NCBI GenBank assembly: GCA_033763905.1
Contig: JANRJP010000085.1
Coordinates: 1-64,000 of the forward strand
Origin: Gemmatimonadaceae bacterium
Lineage (GTDB): Bacteria; Gemmatimonadota; Gemmatimonadetes; Gemmatimonadales; Gemmatimonadaceae
DNA length: 64,000 nucleotides
Direction of reading: 5' to 3'
Translations under genes and position numbers: made by a program
The notes under the pieces: model-generated
Database searches by the model: none
What the model saw: the letters and a program-made list of their open reading frames with translations, nothing else
Told to the model about the DNA's origin: nothing
Shown: positions 55,079 to 64,000 of the stretch, one piece after another
Position numbering within the stretch: the first letter of the stretch is position 1
How the letters are laid out: every line of letters begins with the position of its first letter

Positions 55079-56446
55079 CTACCGCTGCACGAGCCGACCC
55101 GGCAAGCCACCCTTGGGACGAAGCGTAATGATCGGCTCCAGCGCGGGGTCAGGCCCCGGCACCCGCACCTCCCATCGACGCGCCAACACCGCCAGGCAGA
55201 TCACCGCTTCCATCCACGCGAACTGCTCGCCGACACAGATGCGCGTACCCGCGCCAAAGGGGAAGTACGCGAGCTTGGGCCGCGATGCGCTGTCGTCGCC
55301 CAACCACCGCTCAGGGCGGAATAGCGTCGGCTCCGGCCACCAGCGGGGATCCCGATGCACCAGCCACTGCGACTGCACGAAGATGGTCCCCGGCGCAAAT
55401 GTCTCGCCGCGGAGCGTGACGGGGGCCACCGCCTTCCGGCCGACGATGTACGCGGGCGGGTAGAGCCGCATCGTCTCGGCCATCACCGCGCGCGTGTACG
55501 GCAGCCGCCCGACATCATCGAGCGTCGGCATCCGGTCGCCCAACACGGCGTCGACCTCGGCGCGCAACGCCGCCGCCACCGCGGGATGCCGGTCCAGCGC
55601 CAGCCACGCGAACGTCAGCGCGTTCGCGGTGGTCTCGTGCCCCGCGATGAACAACGTGATCGCCTCGTCGCGCAACTGCGTATCGGACATCCCGGTGCCG
55701 TCGCCTTCGTCATCCTGCGCCGCAATGAGCATCGACAACAAGTCGCCGCGGTCCACCCCCCCGGCCCGATGCTCGGCAATCACCCGCGCGATGATCGCAT
55801 CGAGGGTGTCCTTGGCCCGACGAAACCGACGCCGGCTTGGGAGCGGCAACCGATCGAGCAGCGCCGAGAACGGACCGAATCCGAAGCCGAACGACACCGC
55901 CTGAAAGGCGGCGTCCAGGGCGTCGGCCACATCGCTGCTGTCGCGACTCACGTCCGCGCTGAACAGCGTGCCCGACACGATCGCGAGCGTGAGCGCCATC
56001 ATCTCGGCGTGTACATCCACCGACGCGCCGTCGCGCCATCGTCGCGCAACCGCCATCGTGGCGTCGCTCATTGTGCCCGCGTACGCCGCGATCCGCTCCC
56101 GATGAAACGCCGGTTGCACAAGCCGCCGCTGCCGCAGATGGAACTCGCCCTCGGAGGTCAGCAGCCCGTCACCGATCAACATCTTGGCGCGCTCGAGGGC
56201 GCGGCCTTTGTGCATCGAGCGACCCTGCGTCACCAGCACGTCGCGAATGTCGTCAGGGTGCGAGACGAGCACGACGTTCATCCCGGCGATGGGGATCATC
56301 ACCAGATCGCCGTGCGTCGCCTGCATTCGCTGGAAGAACTGCACCCGGTGCCAGCCGTCGCGCGCGGCGATGTGCCGAGTGAACTCCAGCGGGTAGCGCG
56401 GCCGCAGCCGCACCAGCCCGCTAACGGACGCTGGCGCAGCGCTCAC
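55079..56446 (-). CDS. Cytochrome P450
   Basis: AGHETT I-helix, ETMRLYPP, FRPERW and FPFGAGTRICVG heme cysteine; GTGA overlap with the upstream stop. Confidence 0.95.
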   Translation of the reverse strand: MSAAPASVSGLVRLRPRYPLEFTRHIAARDGWHRVQFFQRMQATHGDLVMIPIAGMNVVLVSHPDDIRDVLVTQGRSMHKGRALERAKMLIGDGLLTSEGEFHLRQRRLVQPAFHRERIAAYAGTMSDATMAVARRWRDGASVDVHAEMMALTLAIVSGTLFSADVSRDSSDVADALDAAFQAVSFGFGFGPFSALLDRLPLPSRRRFRRAKDTLDAIIARVIAEHRAGGVDRGDLLSMLIAAQDDEGDGTGMSDTQLRDEAITLFIAGHETTANALTFAWLALDRHPAVAAALRAEVDAVLGDRMPTLDDVGRLPYTRAVMAETMRLYPPAYIVGRKAVAPVTLRGETFAPGTIFVQSQWLVHRDPRWWPEPTLFRPERWLGDDSASRPKLAYFPFGAGTRICVGEQFAWMEAVICLAVLARRWEVRVPGPDPALEPIITLRPKGGLPGRLVQR

Positions 56447-57063
56447 GGTGTCTCGGGGCGCGTGAGCGAGAACAGTGCGTCCGGTTTCTGCCCGGCAAAC
56501 CAGTCGCCGCCAAGCCGCACGAGATGCTCGATCTTCCGGTTGTCCGGCCAGCCGCCGTCCATCACCGACGCATCCACGTGCACGTGCACGACTTCGCCCA
56601 CCACCACGTTGCCAGCGGCTGGCCCATCGCCGGTCTTCACGATCTGCAGCACGCGACACTCCAGCGCCGCCGGGCTCTCGACCACACGCGGCGGACGCAC
56701 CATCACGCTGGGCGCGCGGGTGAAGCCGGCGTGATCGAACTCGTCCTGCCCGTACTCATAGCGGTACGACGCTTGGTTGAGCTTCACCGCCATTTCGACG
56801 GTGCTGACGCTCACGACGAACTCACCCGTGGCTTCCACATTGCGCAGCGTGTCCTTCGGGAGTCCGTCGCGCCAGTTGGTGGCACTGAAGGCCACCGCCA
56901 TCGGGTTGTAGCCCGCCGCCATAAAGAACGAGTACGGCGCCAGGTTACCTACGCCCTCGGGCGACACGGTCGAGATGAACGCGACCGGACGCGGGGCAAC
57001 CAGCGCGTTCAGGAGCTTGTTCCGCTCCGCGACCGGCAGGTTGGCCGGGACGAACTCGGCCAT
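56443..57063 (-). CDS. Flavin reductase family protein (DIM6/NTAB-like)
   Basis: VAPRPVAFIST, NLAPYSFF, KDTLRNVEATGEFVV and ESPAALEC. Confidence 0.9.
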   Translation of the reverse strand: MAEFVPANLPVAERNKLLNALVAPRPVAFISTVSPEGVGNLAPYSFFMAAGYNPMAVAFSATNWRDGLPKDTLRNVEATGEFVVSVSTVEMAVKLNQASYRYEYGQDEFDHAGFTRAPSVMVRPPRVVESPAALECRVLQIVKTGDGPAAGNVVVGEVVHVHVDASVMDGGWPDNRKIEHLVRLGGDWFAGQKPDALFSLTRPETP

Positions 57064-57065
57064 CG

Positions 57066-59117
57066 TCAGCCCTCGACCGGCTTGCGCCGCACGAGCGTCA
57101 GAATCGTGTACGTCGCGCACAGTTCGGCATCCTGATTGCGCACCTCCACGTCCCAGTGCACCACACCCTGCGGCGGCTGATCGGCCGGCACGTCCTTCGC
57201 GATCTTCTGCTTGCAAGTGAGCGTGGCCTGGATCGTGTCCCCCGGGTACACCGGCTTGGTGAAGCGCAGGCCTTCGAGCCCGTAGTTGAGCATGACCGGG
57301 CCCGGCGCGGGATCGACGAACAGCCCCGCCGCCGCCGACAGCACGAAGTACCCGTGGGCCACGCGCCGCTCAAAGAGCGATGCCTTCGCGGCGACGTCGT
57401 CCATATGCGCATAGAAGAAGTCGCCCGAGATGCCGGCAAAGTTCACGACATCAGCTTCGGTCACCGTGCGGCGGTGCGTCACCAACGACTCGCCGATCTG
57501 CACCTCGTCGAACCAGCGCCGGAACGGATGCACCGCAGCCGTCGAACGCGTAGCGCCGGTCGTCCACTCGTTCGTCACGGCGGCGATCACATCGGGGCTG
57601 CCCTGAATCGCGACGCGCTGCAGATAGTGCATCACGCCGCGCTTGCCGCCCATTTCCTCACCACCACCCGCGCGGCCGGGACCGCCGTGCACCAGATGCG
57701 GCATCGGGGAGCCGTGCCCCGTGCTCTCCTTGGCGCTCGAACGGTCGAGCACCACCAAGCGCCCGTGATACGGCCCGATGCCGAACACCACCTTCCGCGC
57801 CACCGACGGATCAGCCGTGAAGAGCGAGCCTACGAGCGACCCCTGCCCGCGCCGCGCGATCGTGACGGCGTCGTCGAGCGTGCGGTACGGCATCACCGTA
57901 TTCACCGGACCAAACGCTTCGACATCGTGCGCTTCCGCCGTGCGCAGCGGCTCGGCGCAGTGCAACAGCATCTTCGGGAAGAACGCGCCCTTCTCGGCGT
58001 CGGCGCCGAGGACGGTCATCCCACCAAGGTCGCCGTACACGAGCTCCGCCGCTTTCCGAATACGATCCACGGCCGCACCGACATCACGCACCTGCGCGCG
58101 GCTGGCCAGTGGACCCATCCGCACGTCTTCGCGACGCGGGTCGCCGATCACGGTCTTCTCGAGACGCTCCTTGAGCGCCGCGAGCACGGCCTCCTGCGTG
58201 CCCTCGGGCACGATCGACCGGCGAATCGCCGTGCACTTCTGCCCCGCCTTCGCGGTCATCTCGCGAACGACTTCCTTGATGAACAGCTCGAACTCCGGCG
58301 TGCCCGGCAGTGCGTCGGGGCCCAGGATCGAACAGTTGAGCGAGTCGGCCTCCATATTGAACCGCACGGCGTTCGCGACGATCGCGGGATGCGCCTTGAG
58401 CTTGCGCCCCGTGTCGGCCGAGCCGGTGAAGGCCACCACGTCCTGACAGGTCAGGTGATCGAGCAGATCGCCCGCGGATCCGCACACCAGCTGCACCGCG
58501 CCCGCGGGGAGCAATCCCGTGGCGATCATCTCGCGGAAGACCGCTTCGGTCAGAAAACTCGTCGCCGTCGCCGGCTTTACGATGGCTGGCACGCCGGCCA
58601 ACAGGCAGGGGGCGAGCTTCTCCATCATTCCCCACACGGGGAAGTTGAAGGCGTTGATGTGCACGCCCACGCCTTCGAGCGGCACCATCACGTGACGGCC
58701 AACGAAGGTGCCGTTCTTCGACAGGGCCTCGGTGGGCCCATCGACGTAGAACGACTCGTTCGGAAACTCCTTGCGCCCCTTCGACGCGTACACGAAGAAG
58801 GTACCGAAGCCGCCGTCGATATCGATCCAACTGTCGGACTTCGTGGCCCCGGTGCGATACGACAGCTCGTAGAAGGCGTCCTTCTTCGCCGTCAGCGCCG
58901 TGGCGATGGCCTTGAGCATCCGCGCACGCTCGTGGAACGTCATCGCGCGCAGCTTCGGGCCACCCACGTCGCGCGCGTAGGCGAGCATCGCCTTGAAGTC
59001 GAGCCCGCTGCTGGAGGCTTCCGCCACCACATCACCGGTGACGGCGTCGTAGAGTGCGGTCGCCGAGCCCGTACCGGCCTGCCATTCGCCGAGCGCGTAG
59101 TTCCCGAGTCGCATCAT
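57066..59117 (-). CDS. paaZ: Phenylacetate ring-cleavage bifunctional aldehyde dehydrogenase/MaoC hydratase
   Basis: HINAFNFPVWG, MEADSLN, KAGQKCTAIRR, GHGSPMPHLVHGGPGRAGGGEE and C-terminal MaoC domain. Confidence 0.96.
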   Translation of the reverse strand: MMRLGNYALGEWQAGTGSATALYDAVTGDVVAEASSSGLDFKAMLAYARDVGGPKLRAMTFHERARMLKAIATALTAKKDAFYELSYRTGATKSDSWIDIDGGFGTFFVYASKGRKEFPNESFYVDGPTEALSKNGTFVGRHVMVPLEGVGVHINAFNFPVWGMMEKLAPCLLAGVPAIVKPATATSFLTEAVFREMIATGLLPAGAVQLVCGSAGDLLDHLTCQDVVAFTGSADTGRKLKAHPAIVANAVRFNMEADSLNCSILGPDALPGTPEFELFIKEVVREMTAKAGQKCTAIRRSIVPEGTQEAVLAALKERLEKTVIGDPRREDVRMGPLASRAQVRDVGAAVDRIRKAAELVYGDLGGMTVLGADAEKGAFFPKMLLHCAEPLRTAEAHDVEAFGPVNTVMPYRTLDDAVTIARRGQGSLVGSLFTADPSVARKVVFGIGPYHGRLVVLDRSSAKESTGHGSPMPHLVHGGPGRAGGGEEMGGKRGVMHYLQRVAIQGSPDVIAAVTNEWTTGATRSTAAVHPFRRWFDEVQIGESLVTHRRTVTEADVVNFAGISGDFFYAHMDDVAAKASLFERRVAHGYFVLSAAAGLFVDPAPGPVMLNYGLEGLRFTKPVYPGDTIQATLTCKQKIAKDVPADQPPQGVVHWDVEVRNQDAELCATYTILTLVRRKPVEG

Positions 59118-59710
59118 TGCGGTGAACTCTTGAGATTGAAATAGGTCTTGGGCTGCGTGCGACGGTCCGACGGGACCTCACGCAGCGGCGCGACTTCGCG
59201 CCAGGTCTGGTGCATCTGGGCCGGCAACGCCTGGTACAGCCCGGTCCCCTGCGTCTTCCACGCGAGCATCTCGTCGGTCACGTCCTTCACGATCTTCGCC
59301 GGATTCCCCACGACGATCTTGCGCGGCGGAATCTCCATTCGCTCGGGCACGAAGGCCATCGCGCCGACGATACTGCCCGTGCCCACGACGACGTGGTCCA
59401 TCACCACCGCGTTCATTCCGATCAGGCAGTTGGCGCCGAGCCGTGCGCCGTGAATCACGGCGCCGTGCCCCACGTGCGCGCCAGGCTCCAGCACCACGGT
59501 GACGCCGGGGAACATATGGATCGTGCAGTTCTCCTGGACGTTGCATCCATCGCCGATCTCGATCCCGCCCCAATCGCCGCGAATGGCGGCACCTGGCCCG
59601 ATGTAGCAGTCGCGACCAATCACCACGTTGCCCGTCACCGCCGCCAACGGATGCACAAAGGCCGACTCGTGCACGACCGGGATGAAATCGTCGAAGGCGT
59701 AGATGGCCAT
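59114..59710 (-). CDS. paaY: PaaY hexapeptide-repeat (gamma-carbonic anhydrase-like) protein
   Basis: PVVHESAFVHP, IRGDWG, NVQENCTIH and HVGHGAVIHG; within paa operon. Confidence 0.9.
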   Translation of the reverse strand: MAIYAFDDFIPVVHESAFVHPLAAVTGNVVIGRDCYIGPGAAIRGDWGGIEIGDGCNVQENCTIHMFPGVTVVLEPGAHVGHGAVIHGARLGANCLIGMNAVVMDHVVVGTGSIVGAMAFVPERMEIPPRKIVVGNPAKIVKDVTDEMLAWKTQGTGLYQALPAQMHQTWREVAPLREVPSDRRTQPKTYFNLKSSPQ

Positions 59711-59718
59711 TGGCGTGC

Positions 59719-60936
59719 TCAGGCCCGCTCGAGGACCATCGCCATCCCCTGCCCGACGCCGACGCACATCGTCACCAACGCATAGCGACCCTTCCGGTGC
59801 TGCAGGGCGCGCGCCGCAGTGAGCACCAGCCGCGCCCCGCTCATCCCCAAGGGATGCCCAATGGCAATCGCGCCGCCGTGCGGATTGACGCGTGGATCGT
59901 TGTCGCTCACGCCCAGCGCCCGCAGCGACGCCACCACCTGCGCTGCAAAGGCCTCATTGAACTCGATGACGTCGATTTTGTCCATCGTCAGCTTCGCACG
60001 CGCGAGCACGGCCTGCACCGCCGGCACCGGCCCGATGCCCATCACGCGTGGCTCCACGCCCGCGGCAGCCGTGGCCACGATGCGTGCCTTGGCCGCCGCG
60101 CCGATCGCCGCCACGCCAGCCTCCGAGGCCACGAGCAGAGCCGCCGCGCCGTCGTTGAGCCCCGAGCTGTTGCCCGCCGTGACCGATCCTTTGCCGTCAG
60201 TGCGGAAGGCCGGCTTGAGCTTCGCGAGTGCGTCGGCCGTGGTCCCTGGGCGCGGAAACTCGTCCTGCGCCACGACCCGGGGATCGCCCTTCTTCTGCGC
60301 GATCGACACCGGCGCGATCTCGCCGGCAAACCAGCCTGCGGCGGTGGCAGCGGCGCACTTCTGCTGCGACCACAGCGCAAAGGCGTCCTGCGCCTCACGG
60401 GTGATGCCATCCCGCTCTGCGACGTTCTCGGCCGTCTGCCCCATCGAATCGATACCGTACGCCGACTGCATCGCGGGATTCACGAAGCGCCAGCCGAGCG
60501 TCGTGTCGAACATTTCGATGTCGCGCGCAAAGGGCCGCGCGGCCTTGGACATCACGTACGGCGCACGCGTCATCTGCTCGACGCCGCCGGCGACGTACAC
60601 CTCGCCGTCGCCCGCGAGCACGCCACGCGCCGCATCGGCGACCGCATTGAGCCCCGAGGCGCACAGACGATTCACGGTGGTCCCGGGCACGCTCACCGGC
60701 AGCCCGGCCAGCAGTCCGGCCATTCGCGCGACGTTGCGATTGTCCTCGCCCGCCTGGTTCGCGCACCCGAAGATCACATCGGCCACGCGGGCCGCGTCGA
60801 AATTCGGATGGCGAGCCAAGAGCGCGCGAATGGCGTGCGCAGCCAGATCATCGGCCCGCACCTCCGCCAAGGCCCCGCCGAGGGCGCCGATCGGAGTGCG
60901 GATGCCATCAACGACGAAAGCGGAGCGTTTGGTCAC
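59719..60936 (-). CDS. paaJ: 3-oxoadipyl-CoA thiolase (PaaJ/PcaF)
   Basis: GCANQAGEDNRNVARM, NRLCASG, GAIAIGHPLG and TMCVGVGQG. Confidence 0.92.
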   Translation of the reverse strand: MTKRSAFVVDGIRTPIGALGGALAEVRADDLAAHAIRALLARHPNFDAARVADVIFGCANQAGEDNRNVARMAGLLAGLPVSVPGTTVNRLCASGLNAVADAARGVLAGDGEVYVAGGVEQMTRAPYVMSKAARPFARDIEMFDTTLGWRFVNPAMQSAYGIDSMGQTAENVAERDGITREAQDAFALWSQQKCAAATAAGWFAGEIAPVSIAQKKGDPRVVAQDEFPRPGTTADALAKLKPAFRTDGKGSVTAGNSSGLNDGAAALLVASEAGVAAIGAAAKARIVATAAAGVEPRVMGIGPVPAVQAVLARAKLTMDKIDVIEFNEAFAAQVVASLRALGVSDNDPRVNPHGGAIAIGHPLGMSGARLVLTAARALQHRKGRYALVTMCVGVGQGMAMVLERA

Positions 60937-61394
60937 GGCGAAGGACTGGTGGAAGCGTCGGGATGTTCGTCGCGCGTGCGGTACACCGTGCCGCGAAAGA
61001 GCGCGACCGGGGTGCCGCGGCAGGTCACCTGCACCCGGTAGAATCCAAGGCGCTCGGTGACTTGCTCCTCGGTGGCAATGGCCTCGAGGACATCGCCCAC
61101 ACGCACTTCCTGCGTGTGCGCGATCTGGCTGTCGATGCTGACCGAGACGCGCCCGTGGCCGTTCGCGGCAAAGGCGAAGGCGCTGTCGGCGAAGCTGTAC
61201 GTGATGCCCCCGTGCGTCCGGCCGAAGCCGTTGACCATCTCGGGACGCACCGTCATCCGGATCGCCGCCGTGCCGGGCGCGACGTGCAGGACCTCGATGC
61301 CAAGCCACTGCGAGAACGCATCGCGCGCCATCATCTCGCGCACGATGGCCTGCGCACGGCGCTGCTCGGGCGTGGTCGCGGGCTCTGGCGTCAT
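60933..61394 (-). CDS. paaI: PaaI hotdog-fold acyl-CoA thioesterase
   Basis: DAFSQWLGI and MVNGFGRTHGGITYSFADSAFAFAAN. Confidence 0.9.
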   Translation of the reverse strand: MTPEPATTPEQRRAQAIVREMMARDAFSQWLGIEVLHVAPGTAAIRMTVRPEMVNGFGRTHGGITYSFADSAFAFAANGHGRVSVSIDSQIAHTQEVRVGDVLEAIATEEQVTERLGFYRVQVTCRGTPVALFRGTVYRTRDEHPDASTSPSP

Positions 61395-62581
61395 CCGAGC
61401 AGACTCCGTCCGTCGGCGGCGCAGCGCGTGAGGTGCGCACTCGGCCGGTAACGCTCCGGGCCCAGCTCCTGCTGCAGGGCGCGCAGGGTGTCGACCAGCC
61501 GCTGGGGGCCCAGCGCATCGCCCCAGGCGAGCAGTCCCTGCGGGTAGTTCACCCCACGCGTCATCGCGAGTTCGATGTCGCCGGGCGAGGCAATGCCCAG
61601 CAGCACCGCTTCACAGGCTTCGTTGACGAGCATCGCGATGATGCGGCCGAAAATGCGCGCGTGCACCCGGGCGTCGTCGAGTGGTGCCGGCGGTGTCGCG
61701 CCGCTGGCGTAGTCGTAGAAGCCACGCCCCGTCTTGCGACCGAGCCACCCGGCTTCGACCAGGCGCTGTTGCGCGAGCGAGGGACGATAGCGCGGCTCGT
61801 GGAAGGTCTGCTCCCACACCGAGCGGGTGACGGCGAAGTTGATGTCGTGGCCGATGAAGTCCATCAGCTCGCAGGGGCCCATCTTGAAGCCACCCAGCGT
61901 CCGCATCGCGTGATCGATCGTCGACGGATCGGCGACGCCCTCTTCGAGCAGGCGCAGCGCTTCGCCGTAGAACGGGCGCGCCACCCGATTGACGATGAAG
62001 CCCGGCGTGTCGGCCGTGCGTACTGGCACCTTGCCCCACGCACGCATCAGGGTGGTCCCCTGCTCCATCACCGTGGGCGCGGTGCGCACGCCGCCGACGA
62101 CTTCGACCAGCGCCATCAGCGGCGCGGGATTGAAGAAGTGCAGGCCGAGCATCCGTTCCGGCGTCGCCAACGCCGAGGCAATGGCCGCGACCGACAGCGA
62201 CGAGGTATTGGTGGCCAACAACGCGCTCGGCGGTACGATCTGCTCGAGTCGGACGAACAAGTCACGCTTGGTCGCGAGATCCTCGACGATGGCCTCGATC
62301 ACCAGCCCAGCGCCTGCGAGCGGCCGCAGATCGGGGCCGCCCAACGAGTCGGGCCCCACCCACTGCGCGCGACCCACGATCTCCGATGCCTGCGATGGCG
62401 TGAGCTTGCCGCGCTCCACGAGCTTCGCGAGCCCCTTCTCCATCCCGGCCTTGGCGCGTGGCAAGGCGTCGGCGCGCGCATCGCAGAGCACCACCGGGTG
62501 CCCCGCCATCGCGGCGACTTGCGCGATGCCGGCGCCCATCGCGCCGGCGCCGACCACGCCAATGACCGTGGAGGCGTCCAC
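61391..62581 (-). CDS. paaH: 3-hydroxyacyl-CoA dehydrogenase
   Basis: GAGAMGAGIA, EAIVE, TNTSSL, GLHFFNPAPLM and PGFIVNRVARPFYGEA. Confidence 0.9.
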   Translation of the reverse strand: MDASTVIGVVGAGAMGAGIAQVAAMAGHPVVLCDARADALPRAKAGMEKGLAKLVERGKLTPSQASEIVGRAQWVGPDSLGGPDLRPLAGAGLVIEAIVEDLATKRDLFVRLEQIVPPSALLATNTSSLSVAAIASALATPERMLGLHFFNPAPLMALVEVVGGVRTAPTVMEQGTTLMRAWGKVPVRTADTPGFIVNRVARPFYGEALRLLEEGVADPSTIDHAMRTLGGFKMGPCELMDFIGHDINFAVTRSVWEQTFHEPRYRPSLAQQRLVEAGWLGRKTGRGFYDYASGATPPAPLDDARVHARIFGRIIAMLVNEACEAVLLGIASPGDIELAMTRGVNYPQGLLAWGDALGPQRLVDTLRALQQELGPERYRPSAHLTRCAADGRSLLG

Positions 62582-63370
62582 TCAGCGCCCCTCGAACACC
62601 GGGGGACGCTTGGCGAGAAACGCCGCGACCCCCTCCGAGAAATCGTGCGTTGCACCGGCCTCCGCCTGCAACACGGCCTCCCGCTCGAGTTGCGCGGCGT
62701 AGCCGTTCGTGGCCGATTCGTTCATCAGCCGCTTCGTGAGCGCGATCGCCCGCGTGGGCATCTGCGCCAACTGGGCCGCCACCGCCTGCGCCTTCTCGAG
62801 CAGCACCGTCGGTGGGCAGAGTTCCCATACCAGCCCCCAGCGCTCCGCTTTCTCGGCGCTGAGCTTCTCGCCCGACATCATCAGCGCCATCGCGCGGTGC
62901 CAGCCGACGAGTCGCGGCAAGAAATAGGTGCCTCCACTGTCCGGGACGAGACCGATCTTCACGAAGGCCTGCACGAAACTCGCCGACTCGGTCGCCAGCA
63001 CCAGATCGCACGCGAGCGCCAGGTTGGCACCTGCCCCGGCGGCCACCCCGTTGACGGCCGCGATCACCGGCTTCGGGCACTCACGGATCAGCGTGACGAG
63101 CGTGTTGTAGCCCCGACGCACGAAATCGGCCTCGAGCACGAAGGGCTTGCCGTCGACCATCGACGCGGCCAAGTCCTGTCCCGCACAGAACCCGCGCCCA
63201 CTGCCCGTGAGCACGATCGCACGAACGGCGGGGTCGCGGCTCAGTGCGGCGAAGGCATCCTGCGCCTCGCGCATCATCACGTCGTCGAAGCTGTTGAGCA
63301 CGTCCGGCCGGTTCAGCGTGACCGTTGCCACCGCGCCCTGCACGTCGAGAAGAATCGTCGAGTAGGCCAT
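62582..63370 (-). CDS. paaG: Enoyl-CoA hydratase/isomerase (1,2-epoxyphenylacetyl-CoA isomerase)
   Basis: FCAGQDL, NGVAAGAGANLALACD and GLVPDSGG; first gene of the paa run. Confidence 0.9.
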   Translation of the reverse strand: MAYSTILLDVQGAVATVTLNRPDVLNSFDDVMMREAQDAFAALSRDPAVRAIVLTGSGRGFCAGQDLAASMVDGKPFVLEADFVRRGYNTLVTLIRECPKPVIAAVNGVAAGAGANLALACDLVLATESASFVQAFVKIGLVPDSGGTYFLPRLVGWHRAMALMMSGEKLSAEKAERWGLVWELCPPTVLLEKAQAVAAQLAQMPTRAIALTKRLMNESATNGYAAQLEREAVLQAEAGATHDFSEGVAAFLAKRPPVFEGR

Positions 63371-63468
63371 ACCGGAAGCTATCGCCCCTGCGCGCTGGCG
63401 GCCTGCCTGCCCCCCCGCCACCGCCCGAAAATCGGTACATTTCCTGTTTCCCCAGCCCCGCTCTGTCG

Positions 63469-64000
63469 ATGGCCTCGCCGACCGCCGCGAAGCGCCCCGC
63501 GCGCTCCACCAGCTCGACCCCCGACCCTCGGTTCGACTGGCGCCGGATCGCGTATCACACGCTCGCCTCGCGGGCGCTGGACGACTTCGAGGAAGAGCTG
63601 AATCGCCAGAAGGCCAGCGTCCCGCGGGAGGATCAGGTCCTCTACCAGTTCTCGGCGCGCGGCCACGATATGGCGCAGGTCATTCTGGGGAGCCTGCTGA
63701 CGGGACGTCGCGACGCGGCCGGGGCCTACTACCGGTCCCGGCCCCTGCTGCTGACGCTCGGGCTGACACTCGAAGACGCCCACGGGTCGCCCTTGGGCCG
63801 TGCGGGCGGGTTTTCGGATGGCCGCGACATTGGCGTGGTGGTGAACCTCCCGCGCGCCGAAGGCTGCGTGGTGTTGCCGATGTCGGGCGACGTCGGCGCG
63901 CAGTACACCCCAGCCGCCGGCTGGGCCCAGGCCATTACGTACCACCGGGACAGCTTGGGCGACGCGGCGTGGCAGGGATCCATTGCGGTGGCTCTGGGCG
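63469..64000 (+). CDS. 2-oxoacid dehydrogenase E1 component (alpha region), 3'-truncated; absent from the ORF track because no stop lies in the window
   Basis: Hand translation: SRALDDFEE, YQFSARGHD, YYRSRP, GGFSDGRDIG and MSGDVGAQYTPAAGWA. Confidence 0.82.
   Translation, partial: MASPTAAKRPARSTSSTPDPRFDWRRIAYHTLASRALDDFEEELNRQKASVPREDQVLYQFSARGHDMAQVILGSLLTGRRDAAGAYYRSRPLLLTLGLTLEDAHGSPLGRAGGFSDGRDIGVVVNLPRAEGCVVLPMSGDVGAQYTPAAGWAQAITYHRDSLGDAAWQGSIAVALG

Noticed and set aside
61433..63601. 722-aa plus-strand ORF and similar long ORFs at 32346-34718 and 57156-59144
   Set aside because: They overlap well-supported genes on the opposite strand or frame and carry no recognisable motifs

Overview
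A gene-dense, high-GC bacterial window. The gene content (SusC/SusD pair in a GC-rich background, a plug-only TonB protein, many secreted hydrolases) suggests Gemmatimonadota; this is inference only. From left to right it holds: an alpha-glucan operon (glgX, malQ, MFS transporter, GH13-esterase fusion); an acyltransferase and two GNATs; deaD; an M20 amidohydrolase; a csp-hypothetical-infA cluster behind a sigma54-type promoter and leader terminator; a VOC-HD fusion; argG; a run of secreted hydrolases (S45 acylase, two MBL-fold enzymes, beta-propeller, M1 peptidase) and TonB receptors; a VanX-like dipeptidase; susC-susD-DUF4397; M24/M55 peptidases; an SDR/acyl-CoA dehydrogenase/phosphotransferase trio; and a lower phenylacetate operon (paaGHIJYZ). 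The paa genes run directly into a flavin reductase, a cytochrome P450 and a Kelch protein, and are divergent from a 2-oxoacid dehydrogenase E1. I saw no rRNA, tRNA, CRISPR array or mobile element. The best leads are the sigma54/attenuator-controlled csp-infA operon, the P450-extended paa operon (no paaABCE/paaK in the window), a recurrent TAnnnT-N5/6-start leaderless signal, and several domain fusions. All functional calls come from motif recognition by eye; no database search was run.
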